Below are positions 1-11,573 of a DNA stretch of 64,000 nucleotides, in pieces. Within the stretch, counting starts at the first letter, position 1, and each line of letters opens with the position of its first letter. Under the pieces are notes generated by a model that worked only from the letters and a program-made list of their open reading frames with translations, was not told the origin of the DNA and searched no databases. Made by a program: the position numbers and the translations under genes. The stretch is taken from positions 16,080 through 80,079 of the forward strand of contig JAAPAO010000094.1 in the NCBI GenBank assembly GCA_013115145.1, in the 5' to 3' direction. This stretch comes from Perkinsus chesapeaki ATCC PRA-425. Its lineage: Eukaryota; Protista; Perkinsozoa.

Positions 1-404
1 CAAAAGCATGTCAGCTTTACACCTTCTGTGCCTGGTTACCGACCGGAGAAAGGTAACCGATCCTTCCCCACCGAATTTTGTCTCCTCCTCGCTCGGCGAA
101 CATCGCTGTTAGCATTAGCTTCGAATCTTCATAGTAGACGGCTGTCGTTAGTGACCTGCTTTTGCAGTCGAACCGAAGCCAGAGAAGAAGCGGCTAAAGT
201 CAGCGGAGAGCTTCACTGATTTGGATTACGAGCTTGCCGAGAAACGTGAAGCACAGCTGGAAAGGATTCAAGTGTACGTTTATAGCAAGGCGGCTTTGGT
301 TTCTGCGGGACTTTCATCCGCTTTTCCCGTAGACGAGCAGAGACTGGTGTGACTTTGGTGATCAGGTATCGGTACCACAGGCGGGCTGATGGAGCGTCAC
401 ACAC
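1..404 (-). CDS. Possible exons of an unidentified protein running off the left edge of the window
   Basis: Protein-like minus-strand reading segments (PSARLWYRYLITKVTP...; TAVYYEDSKLMLTAMFAERGGDKIRWGRIG) separated by intron-like sequence. No recognisable domain. Confidence 0.3.
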
Positions 405-808
405 TGTCAGAATCGGCCTCCTGGAAAGTGTTATGAAAAGTACCGCATGAAGCTAGCAATGCGATGTCATTGGTTGGCACTTTGAAGAGTTCGTATTAGA
501 TTGGTTTGATATTTCCGTTTGCAATCCAAGAGTCAAGCTCGGATAACATGGCAACCTGTGCACATTGATAGATTTGCGTACTTGGATATTTCGCCCACTT
601 GGCCTCAGCGCATCGTCAAATCGCAGGAATGATAGGGCGCTGAGGGAGTCAGCTCAACTATCAGGTTCCATGAGCTCGGCTGACTCGCGGTCCTTATCTC
701 CTGGGCCATCTATCGGTAGCGATATTATGCTTCGGAATTCATCCTCAGAGTAAGCCTGAGTGTTCAGTTGCCTTGACCTATCCCGAGTCTGCTAGATACA
801 TCAGCTCT

Positions 809-3461
809 ATGTACAGCGCGGAGAGTGTGTTGGCCCAGCGCAAGCAGCAGGCGAATGATTGGCGAGCACGGAGGGATCTTACTGTAGCTGGACGAGTCGA
901 AATTCGAGGTGGCCAATGGTAGTCATTCAGATAGAGCGCCTACTGGCGATTGAAGCCTTCAAGGAGAGTCGCTTCGAGCTAGCACTGTACCGCAAGGCCA
1001 GACAGGTGAGTTAAATTGGTCGTGGCTTGAGAACGGTTTGGCATTTTAAGGTGGAGGAGCTCGAGAGGAGGAAGATGCACTCTAGAGCCTATGACCAGAT
1101 ATTGTCCTGTCAGCGGAACTGGCTGGTACGTTCCTACAAGTGTTCTTATCACCAAGACCAGTGCTGCTGCACAATGTACAGTGCACGTATTCTTTTACCT
1201 TTCTCCTCTCGCAAATGCCCTACGTGAAGCATTAGAAACTCGCGAAGAAAGAACCAAATGTTTTCCAGTATTAGCGATTCTTTATCGACCGCTAGTTCAG
1301 TAGCCGCTGAGTTGGTTGTTTCGTGTGGGAACAGTCAAGTTTTCTGACCGGTGGAGGATCCTGTTTTGATACTGTCAGGGCGCTCTGGCCTTCGCTAGCT
1401 TCATGTCCTTTGTGTCTGACGAAGTCAACTTGATACGATTGAAGAGCGGTAGTTATTTGTTGAGCTGCTGGAGGAGAGAGACTCCCTTCCCGTCCATCAG
1501 GTACCGGAGGAAATAAGAAAAATTCGAGACAGGGTGGGGCACCTCGAACGACAATAGCCAAGTTACAGTGAGTGTTTTGCTGCTATTTCCGTTTGATAAG
1601 TCTGGCCTTCAGATACGAAGCCGTTCTCGCGAAGCAGCAGGAACTCGATGAGCTCATGGCCGACGCGGATGTCCAGAGGCTTGTGCCTCTTCTTCAGGCC
1701 CACTATTCTCTCCGGTTCAGAATAAGGTAAGTCTGATTCATCGCAAGTGTGTAGCATTCCCTTGTAGGCGTCGAAGGAGAGCGGCGGCGGTCGTCATGGC
1801 CTGCTTGAAGTCGTGGAAGTACCAAGTCTGGCAACCTCGCTGAGTTTATTGACCCTTCAGGACGGCAGGAAAGATTATGCTGGCAACAAGGAAGTTCCAC
1901 GAGCGTTGCCGCCGCATACAGAGATTTTGGCGCGCAGTGAAGCGGCGCCTTGACAGGATCATACAGCACTGCTGTGACAGATGGGTGAAGCTCGAGCGAC
2001 AAGTGAGCTGAAGGCTGCTCGAGAGCACGCAGCGAGCTCTGGTTGATAGATACTGTCAAAGGAGCTCAACGTTGCGCAACCTCCTGCTGGATCTGGTATG
2101 TTGTGGCTCCGTGATGAGCGGTGAAGCTCCTCGTCAGGGAACAATGCCCCCTCTAGTCGACGGGCAAGCTTCAAACCGCAACGGACTCGGCGTGCGTCTT
2201 CAAAGTGTGTCGAGGCCGTCCAGCTGACTCTGCAAGAGAGAGTGCAACTTGCTCTTCTTCCTGATCAAGTCAGGTAACTATTAATTACTTTTGTTGGAGA
2301 GCCATGCGCTCATGTCGTCAGGCGAAGGTTCGTCGAGAATGAGATGAGATTCCGCCGTTTCGTTCTCCTCCCTGAGATCTACGCATGGCATGACGCTATG
2401 GAAAAGTAAGGGAGACTGCTTTATTATTTTGATACTTTAGTTCCGGAAATTGGACCATCCTGACTCAGGACACCAGTGGTCGGTCGCACCGTCGCTTATT
2501 GTGCAACTCTCAGTATCATTTTACCACACGACCGTTTTCTAGATCTTATCTAGAACACATCCTCGAACTTGCTCTCCATATCTTTTGTGAATGAGTCTTG
2601 TATCCATTGCCTTTCGTCGGGGTAGAGTATTGAATATCTTTATCACAGGTATCAAGATGATGTTGAGAGTTGGCGCCAGCATCGGTTGGCGGCTCGAGCA
2701 ATGCAGGCAGCAGAAGGCAAGCAGACCAGATTCAGCACCGGCGACGTAGGGGCATCTCTTGCCATTTAACCGTTCACAATCCAGGTGTTCCGAGTTCCCG
2801 TTCGACCGGCGTGCCCTACTCACATGCCTACTGACGACAATCTGATCGAGTGGTTCGCCCGATGCCGGAAGAATCCCTCGGCTTACTCCAGGATCGGCGA
2901 GGGCAGCTCGAAGGCGGCAGCTGCTGCGTTGAAGCGGTATGGCGGTGGAGAGATGATTTCCAATGAATAGGCGTTTTCGTCCAGATTCAAAACTCGACAT
3001 TTCATCCTTCCGGAAGGACCGATGACAAGCATCGACGACCTTCGATTCACTCGCCTAGATGTTGACGCCCCGAGGAATGCCAAGATCAAAGTTCGAGGTT
3101 GGGAACTCAGCGAACCCTGCCCGATGTCGCATGGTGGTTTCAGGAGTGAATGATGCGATGGAAGGCATCCTGGTTCCGGACATGACTTCATTACCCGACC
3201 CTTAGGTCTTTGACCATGTCACTTTGTGTACTTGGATTATGGTCCATTAAAGCTGTCTGGCGTGTTGTTAGTTTTCAAACCACTCTATTGGTCGATATGA
3301 AGTCTTTCTATACTTGTCGAGATACCTGTTATTACCTGGTAACACTCGAAGTGCTACCCATTCTCGCCATCACGGGTTTCCAGCTTGGCGACGTTGAAAA
3401 GGGCCGGATAGCGGTCCCTAGGCCCTACCCTGCTCACTGGCCATCCAGGAAGCTTTCATAG
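809..3461 (+). CDS. Multi-exon hypothetical coiled-coil protein with an IQ-like motif; 3' end uncertain
   Basis: ATG at 809 (MYSAESVLAQRKQQANDWRARR). Spliced segments include IERLLAIEAFKESRFELALYRKARQ, RKFHERCRRIQRFWRAVKRRLDR and FKTRHFILPEGPMTSIDDLRFTRLD, separated by short GT-AG introns. Confidence 0.55.
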
Positions 3462-4009
3462 TAAAATCAGCGTTCCTATGATATGGCGTGGGACCGATGC
3501 CGGCTGTGATGCGTAACTATCATTGGGTCGACAAATCTACAGTCGCACGGCATTTGCGCACGCGTGCAGCTTGCACGCATGCGCATCTCAGTGGCATCGT
3601 TTCACTGTCGTTGGCTCGGTAACAGGTCCTCGGCTGACGCTCCTTGCCGAGGGTTAAAAAGGTCGAAGCAAGCTCTTTGTTGGGACATTTGCCCACTGCG
3701 CAGGCGTTTGGCAGTGGTCGGTTGCCGGTATGAGCTTCCTTCGGGATATGCCACGTGAGGGACTGTTAGGCCTGGTTACAGTGTAACCGTTACACCTCAG
3801 TCCTCCTGGACTCTTCCCGCCTACTATGGTGAGAATCTAGCTCTGAGCTCTATCTTGGACTTATGTGATCACCAATTCTTCCCAGTCCGGGAGACAGTTT
3901 TTGTGTCGGCCCCGTTGGCTTAAACGCGAACGGTGTCTCAAAGGGTTTCGGCCTCTGTGCGCAGCCTCTCATCGGTATACCACTACAGTCCTGCGGTCGC
4001 CCCTTACCA

Positions 4010-7000
4010 ATGACCACACTCGGCAGGATTCCTTCCGTTCTCGCTACTGGACTACTAGGAAGGAGCCCAATGAGGCTTAGCGCTGCTGCGCTCTCTCGAG
4101 CAGGCATGACCATAGGCGCGCGGTGGGCTCCGGTCGCTTTGGGAACTCGAGAGCCCATGGGATTCGCGGGACACCAGACGGCTGGCTTCGCTTCAACCAA
4201 AGAAGTATGAATGCTCAGTAGTCTTGCTCCGTCTACGACACCGGTCACGATGGTTCGGCTAGTATTCTGGCCCGGCTGCTGGGGACACATGGAATGTTTT
4301 TCACAGGTCTCATTATCTCATTCATCGATCATGTCCGGTTCCGGAGCCCAGCCCAACGCTGCTCGATACGTGCTACCCGATAACATTGCTATTAGCGAGT
4401 ATGCCATTCACCTCAAGCCCAATTTCGACAACTTCCTCTTTCAAGGATCCTCAAAGATTTCACTTGCTGTGACGAGGCCCACGAAGACGATCAAGCTCAA
4501 TGCTAAGGAACTCTCCATCGACCCTAGCGTAGGCCCGTACGGGTGGGAGAGATTGGGCGTATGTGTTGTTGGTGCTCAGGTGACCTATACTCCCGTTGGT
4601 GGTTCACCTATCACAGCCTCATCCGTTAGTGTGTCTAAGGCCGCTACGGAATGCACATTTGAGTTCCCCGAGGAACTTAAGGTTGGTGAGGGTGAATTAG
4701 CCATTGAGTATGTTGGAACACTTAATGATCAAATGGCTGGTTTTTATAGATCTGGGTAATAATACAGTACAAGTGGATGATATATACTTTAATAGATACG
4801 TTGACCAATTTGGTAAAAATAAATATATGTTGAGCACCCAAATGGAGTCTATTGATGCTAGAAGGGCGTTCCCTTGTGTGGATGAACCCAACCGGAAGGC
4901 TGTGTTCAGAATCACCATCACCACCGATGCCAGCTTGCAGGTTTGCACCCTCAGCTTCCATTGGGCTAATTGTTGGTAGGTTCTATCAAACATGCCCGAG
5001 GCCTCCCGTACTGTCTTCAATGGCGGGTCAGCAGAGAATCCCGTGTCCTACCAGACCGTGGAGTTCATGCCTTCACCGAAGATGAGCTCCTATTTGGTCG
5101 CTTTCTGTGTTGGGCAGTTCGAGTTTGTCCAGGATACCACAAAGAACGGGACTCTGGTAGAGCTGGTATCTTCACTACTTCCGAAGATTCAAAACTGCTC
5201 AGGTTCGTGTCCTCTGCACGCCAGGCAAGCAATCTCAGTGCGGATATGCCTTGGAAGTTGCCACCAGAGTCCTCGCTTGGTAATCTCATACCGTCTAGCG
5301 CGCCACCTGGACCGCTCCTCAGGTACGAGGAATTCTTTGGGATTCCCTATCCGCTGCCGAAGCTCGATCTCATCGCTGTTCCTGATTTCGCCATGGGAGC
5401 CATGGAGAACTGGGGCCTGGTCACCTACAGGGAGATAGACCTGTTGTGCGACGTTGAAAAGGTAGCCTGCGGGCAACTTGATTGTATGTCATTCTTGTGT
5501 GTAGCTATCAACCAAGCGTCGTGCCCGTATTACCTCGACTGTTACCCATGAGCTGGCTCATCAGTGGTTCGGCAATCTTGTCACCATGGACTGGTGGGAT
5601 GGCATCTGGCTCAACGAGAGCTTCGCTTCCTTCATGGAGAACTTGAGCGCCGATGCGCTTTACCCTGAGTTGGGCATGTGGAACACGTAATGAGATAGGC
5701 GGCTGTCGATTCCAAGTAGGTAGTGATACAACAGGTACATTCATCAGTTCTTCGAGGGCGGGCTGGAACTGGACAGTCTTCGCTCCAGCCACCCCATTGT
5801 GGTGCCCATCTATCACGCTGAGGAGGTCGATCAGGTAGGCTCCGGGCTGCGGGCGACTATGTAGAGGTTCGAGTTAGGTCTTTGACCATATCTCTTATGA
5901 GAAGGGATCGGCAGTAGTAAGGCAGCTGTGGGCGGTCCTTGGAGGCGACAAGTTCCAAGAGGGCGTGCGAAGGTATATGAACGCGCACATGTATGGCAAC
6001 TCCGTAACAGAGGATCTGTGGGATGCCCTGGAGAAGGTAATGGTTTGAGGAGAAGTCGGTGGAGTCGGACTGGTGGGGTTTCGTGACAGGTATCTGGGCA
6101 ACCAGTGAGGGAGATGATGGACTCATGGACAGATCAGATGGGATATCCTTTATTAGAAGTTGGTCCACGTGATACAAATGGTAACTGTAAAGTTACTCAA
6201 AGTTGGTTCCTATCTGATGGGTCAATAAAGCCAGGAGATGATGATAAGAAATGGGTTGTACCGATACTTATTGGTGATGATAAAACACCGTCTAATGAAA
6301 TGGGTAAATTAACTATGATGAGAGATAAGACACAAACCATTAATGTTGGCAATGGTAAATGGGCTTTGTTAAATTATGGTGCTTGGGTGCCGTATAGAGT
6401 TCATTACACTTCATCTGATGAATATAATAAAATCCTCGCTGGTGTAACTGATAAGACTGTTCCCGTTCCCAATAGAGTTAACCTTTTGGGTGATATCTTT
6501 GCTTTAACCAAAGCTGGACGTGTTAGCCCTGAAGATGCTCCTCGAGTATCAAAGGCGTATAGCAACGAGACCGATGCAGATGTATGGGATGCTTTATCTA
6601 ATCTTATCGGTGGACTTTCGACTATCTGTACTGGTCTTGGTCGTACGGCTGAACTCGATAAGTTGGTATCTGATATGATCGCTCCTCAACTTAATAAAGT
6701 TGGTTGGGAAAGGAAGGCTGGCGAAAGTCCAAAGGATCGTCAGCTGAGAGCTTGCTTGGCTGGTTTGGCATCCCAACATTGTGCTTCCGATAAGTCACTC
6801 GCCACGAAATGTGCCGAAATGACTCGGGCATTCCTTGAGGATAAGAGCTCCCTTGCTGAGGACGTTCGTGTTCCTGTGTTCCGATTAGCCTTGGCCGGCA
6901 GCGATCCTTCAGTTGGTGAGGAGTTGTGGAATGAGCTCATCAAGGTGGCCGAAACCTACGAGACCCCACAGGGCTGCCGGATGGATATTTACGTCAGTAT

Positions 7001-7449
7001 TGGTTTCATTGCCAGCCCTGCCCTCAAGAAGCGCACCCTCGACATGTGCCTTACCAACTTCATCAAGCCTCAGGATTACTTCTACCCCATGGGCGGCGTC
7101 CGTATATCCAATCAAGAGGGATCTGATATGACATGGAAGTGGCTCTTGACCAACATAGAGGCCTGCAAGGCTCGAGTGGCCACGGCCAGCTCCTCCCTGT
7201 TAGCTGGTGTGATGCTCAACTGCACCAGGAGAGGCCTCACCTACGACATGGCGGACAACGTGGAGAAGTTGGCCAGGGAGCACGACCTTGCCTCAGTAAG
7301 CCATCCCGCCGACCTTCCTCGATTATTGTTGCTTTCAGATTTCCCGAACCATCTCCCAGATAGTCGAGAACATCCGCTCCAACGCTGCCATGGTTGAGCG
7401 TGCTAGAAAGAGCGCCATCTCCACCCCGGAGTACTGGGCTGATCTCTGA
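4010..7449 (+). CDS. M1 family (puromycin-sensitive type) aminopeptidase, copy 1, with a putative mitochondrial presequence exon
   Basis: Motifs [36 protein letters not shown]...WLNES and SYEKG, followed by an ERAP1_C-like tail. Leader exon 4010-4204, intron 4205-4306, in-frame internal ATG at 4331, stop TGA at 7447-7449. Confidence 0.95.
4556..4888. repeat. About 333-bp near-identical block shared by copies 1 and 2 (partner 8205-8537), including an identical AT-rich intron
   Basis: Direct sequence comparison. The intron gtaataatacagtacaagtggatgatatatactttaatag occurs in both copies. Confidence 0.9.
6121..6262. repeat. 142-bp near-identical core shared by all four aminopeptidase copies (also at 9761-9902, 13566-13707 and 17345-17486)
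   Basis: Direct comparison: copies 1 and 2 are identical, copy 3 has two A/G differences and copy 4 has one G/A difference. Flanks in copies 3 and 4 are highly diverged. Confidence 0.95.
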
Positions 7450-7592
7450 GCCCCCACCAAAGGGCGTTATCGTCCTGCTGAGCTATCAGCAATGCTTCGC
7501 TACAAATGTGCGTCCGTAGATACCTTGTGCTACCGAGTTTCTTAACAACCGTATCCCTTACCCGCGGTATGTTGTGTTCCTAACGGGAGGCC

Positions 7593-10500
7593 ATGTGCTC
7601 TTTTCGACCAGTTTTCCTCGAAAAGATGCCACTGCCAGTCCTGGGCAGCCGATTGGGCCGTCCGTTGGCTGCCTTGTCCTCCGCAATGGTACCGTTGTGT
7701 AGACCACTGTGTGCATCGTTGAAGCCGCCTCGGTGGGCTGGACTGGTTCCAAGAGTGATCTGTACGAAGACTGCTACATCAGATTTGGTATGACATGTCC
7801 ATGCTTTGTGTGACCTTTTCGATCTTTGGTGTTGCGATGGGAGTGCTCCAAGTGGTGCGCGGTGATTGAGCTAGTGGAATCTTGTGAAACGGGAGAAAGA
7901 TGCAAACTAGGTCGATTCGGAGCCCAGTACTTTTCCTAGATAATGTGATATATTTTGTCGTGTAGGTATCGGCAGCAGCTTCCCGTTCATCTATGGCCAC
8001 ATCATCTCGCTATGTCTTACCGGACAACATCGATGTCCGCGAATACGACATTCATTTGAAGCCCAGCTTCGAGACCTTTCGCTTCCAGGGGACCTCCAAG
8101 ATATCCTTGGCCGTCACCAAGCCTACAAGGGTCATCAAGCTGCATGCGAAGGAGCTTGCTATCGACCCTAAGGTGAGCTTGAGAGAATCTTGGTGGGACC
8201 TTTTGGCGTATCTGTTGTTGGTGCTCAGGTGACCTATACTCCAATTGGTAGTTCACCTATCACAGCCTCATCCGTTAGTGTGTCTAAGGCCGCTACGGAA
8301 TGTACATTTGAGTTCCCCGAGGAACTTAAGGTTGGTGAGGGTGAATTAGCCATTGAGTATGTTGGAACACTTAATGATCAAATGGCTGGTTTTTATAGAT
8401 CTGGGTAATAATACAGTACAAGTGGATGATATATACTTTAATAGATACGTTGACCAGTTTGGTAAAAATAAATATATGTTGAGCACCCAAATGGAGGCCA
8501 TCGACGCCAGAAGGGCGTTCCCTTGTGTGGATGAACCAGAGCGCAAAGCTGTCTATAAGGTTACCATCACCACCGAGGCCAACCTCCAGGTGGGTCGCTA
8601 CGGTCCCTACGTTTCTGAGAGGTTGATTATCTAGGTTATCTCTAACATGCCTGAGTCCTCTCGAACCATCTTCACCGTCGACAGCGGTGATGCCGCCAAA
8701 GCCTACCAGACCGTGTCGTTCATGCCCTCCCCCAAAATGAGCTCCTATCTGGTTGCTTTCTGCGTGGGAGAATTCGAGTACGTCCAGGGGACTACCAAAA
8801 ACGGCACTTTGGTGAGCTTTCAGTAACCCCGGTGGCCCCAGCAGAGCTCTTCTCAGGTTCGCGTCCTTTGTACTCCAGGCAAGCAAGCTCAGTGCACCTT
8901 CGCCTTGGACGTGGGCATTCGCTGCCTTGAATGGTACGGCGACGGCCCCTAGTGCTACAGTTTGACCTCAATACGTCAGGTACGAAGAGTTTTTCGGAAT
9001 TCACTATCCTCTGCCTAAATTGGATATGATTGCTGTTCCCGATTTTGCCATGGGGGCCATGGAGAACTGGGGCCTGGTCACCTATAGGGAGATAGACCTC
9101 TTGTGCGACGCCGATAAGGTAGACCGAGCTCCCTTGTGTGTTTGTGGAAGCTGCCCTCAGGTTTCTGTAAATCGTCGCGCCAGACTGGCCACTGTTGTCA
9201 CCCATGAGCTAGCCCATCAATGGTTCGGCAATCTTGTTACCATGGAGTGGTGGGATGGCATCTGGCTTAATGAAGGCTTCGCTACCTTCATGCAGTATGC
9301 CTCCGCTGAAGCCCTTTTCCCCGACTGGGGCGTTTGGAACTCGTAAGCCGCCTGAGCCAATTCTCTTGTGACTGCCAACCTCAGGTACATCCACGAATCT
9401 TTCGAGCGCGCCTTGGCCTTGGATGGCCTTCGGTCAAGCCATCCTATTGTGGTCCCGATCCACAAGGCTGAGGAGGTCGAGCAGGTAAGCTGAAGGATGG
9501 CGCGGTTTCACAAGTTGCCTGTTGGTAGGTTTTCGATGCCATTTCCTACATGAAGGGCTCAGCAGCGGTACGGCAGTTGTTCGCCGTGGTCGGTGCTGAG
9601 AAGTTCCGTGATGGAGTTCGCCATTATATGAAGACTCACCAGTATGGGAACTCGGTTACAGATGATCTGTGGAGAGCTTTGGAGGAGGTAGTCTGAGGAG
9701 CGGTCGTAGAGCACAACGGGTTTGGTCAGGTATCTGGGCAACCGGTGAAGGAAATGATGGACTCATGGACAGATCAGATGGGATATCCTTTATTAGAAGT
9801 TGGTCCACGTGATACAAATGGTAACTGTAAAGTTACTCAAAGTTGGTTCCTATCTGATGGGTCAATAAAGCCAGGAGATGATGATAAGAAATGGGTTGTA
9901 CCGATACTTATTGGTGATGATAAAACATCATCTAATGAAATGGGTAAATTAACTATGATGAGAGATAAGACACAAACCATTAATGTTGGCAATGGTAAAT
10001 GGGCTTTGTTAAATTATTGTGCTTGGGTGCCGTATAGAGTTCATTACACTTCATCTGATGAATATAATAAAATCCTCGCTGGTGTAACTGATAAGACTGT
10101 TCCCGTTCCCAATAGAGTTAACCTTTTGGGTGATATCTTTGCTTTAACCAAAGCTGGACGTGTTAGCCCTGAAGATGCTCCTCGAGTATTAAAGGCGTAT
10201 AGCAACGAGACCGATGCGGATGTATGGGATGCTTTATCTAATCTTATCGGTGGACTTTCGACTATCTGTACTGGTCTTGGTCGTACGGCTGAACTCGATA
10301 AGTTGGTATCTGATATGATCGCTCCTCAACTTAATAAAGTTGGTTGGGAAAGGAAGGCTGGCGAAAGTCCAAAGGATCGTCAGCTGAGAGCTTGCTTGGC
10401 TGGTTTGGCATCCCAACATTGTGCTTCCGATAAGTCACTCGCCACGAAATGTGCCGAAATGACTCGGGCTTTCTTGGAAAATCCCGACGCCCTCGCCGAC

Positions 10501-11367
10501 GATGTTCGTGTTCCTGTGTTCCGATTAGCCTTGGCCGGCAGCGATCCTTCAGTTGGTGAGGAGTTGTGGAATGAGCTCATCAAGGTGGCCGAAAGATACG
10601 AGACCCCACAGGGCTGCCGGATGGACATTTATTTGAGCATCGGCTATATTGCCAGCCCTGCCCTTAAGAAGCGCACCCTCGACAAGTGCCTTACTAATTT
10701 CATCAAGCCTCAGGACTTCTTCTACCCCATGGGCGCGGTTCGAACCTCAACCGTTGAAGCGGGCGATTTGACCTGGCAGTGGCTGTTGTCGAATTTCGAT
10801 GCCTGTCGATCTCGAGTGGCCACCGCCAGTCCTTCCTTGCTCGCTGCAGTCGTGTCCAGCTGCGCGAGAGGCTCAGTTACCTATGAGATGGCCGACAATG
10901 TAGAGAAGCTGGCCAGCGATAAGGGACTTACTTCGGTAGGTTATGGGATACTTCCTCCAACATCCAGGTTTGGAGAGTCTCGATTAGTCCCTTTGAATCT
11001 TAAGCAATGTACCCTTAATACGAACACATTCGATTCTTGCGGTTTTTCTATCCCCTTTTTGATGTGGATTTTTTTCCGAGGGAATAAATTTAACAAAATG
11101 TGGCATTGCCTGTCATTTCGAATGGCACGGAATTTAGCCTGTTTTTCCGCCTTGCAGCACTCAGAAGTGCATTGGCTTGACACCGTTGACGGTGGGTAAC
11201 TCGTCGGGCTCAACAACTGAGAAAGGCCAACGGATATTCCATTATTTTTTCATCAGATATCGCGAATCATCTCCCAAATATGCGAGAACATCCGATCCAA
11301 CGCAGCCCTGGTCGAGCGTGCTAAGAGCAGTGCCATCGCCTCTCCCGCATTCTGGCAGAGCCTCTAA
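7593..11367 (+). CDS. M1 aminopeptidase, copy 2, with a putative mitochondrial presequence exon
   Basis: Motifs [31 protein letters not shown]...WLNEGF and SYMKG. Leader exon 7593-7787, intron 7788-7965, internal ATG at 7993, stop TAA at 11365-11367. Confidence 0.95.
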
Positions 11368-11573
11368 GCTCTGCAGCGTTTTCCCCGACTGCCGGTCAAA
11401 CCGTCATTTTCGGGCTCCCGCCCGCTCCACTATGAACACCATTCGTGGAGCGCTATTTTTTCTGTGATATCTTTGCTCCGTGTGTAAGGAGATTTTTGAG
11501 GTAACCTTAATAGGATTGGCGAGTTGTGTTTTCAAATCTTACGAGGCAACAGGAAAGTATTTTTTAAACGACA

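Noticed and set aside
640-760. Minus-strand frame with an in-frame TGA (MEPDS*ADSLSAL) as a possible selenocysteine or readthrough site
   Set aside because: No start codon, no homology and no SECIS seen; likely a chance frame near the next gene's 5' region.
5508-5816. Recurrent minus-strand ORFs opposite the HEXXH exons (also 9217-9465, 12931-13149 and 16740-16943)
   Set aside because: Antisense shadows of conserved aminopeptidase exons; their similarity to one another simply mirrors the sense genes.
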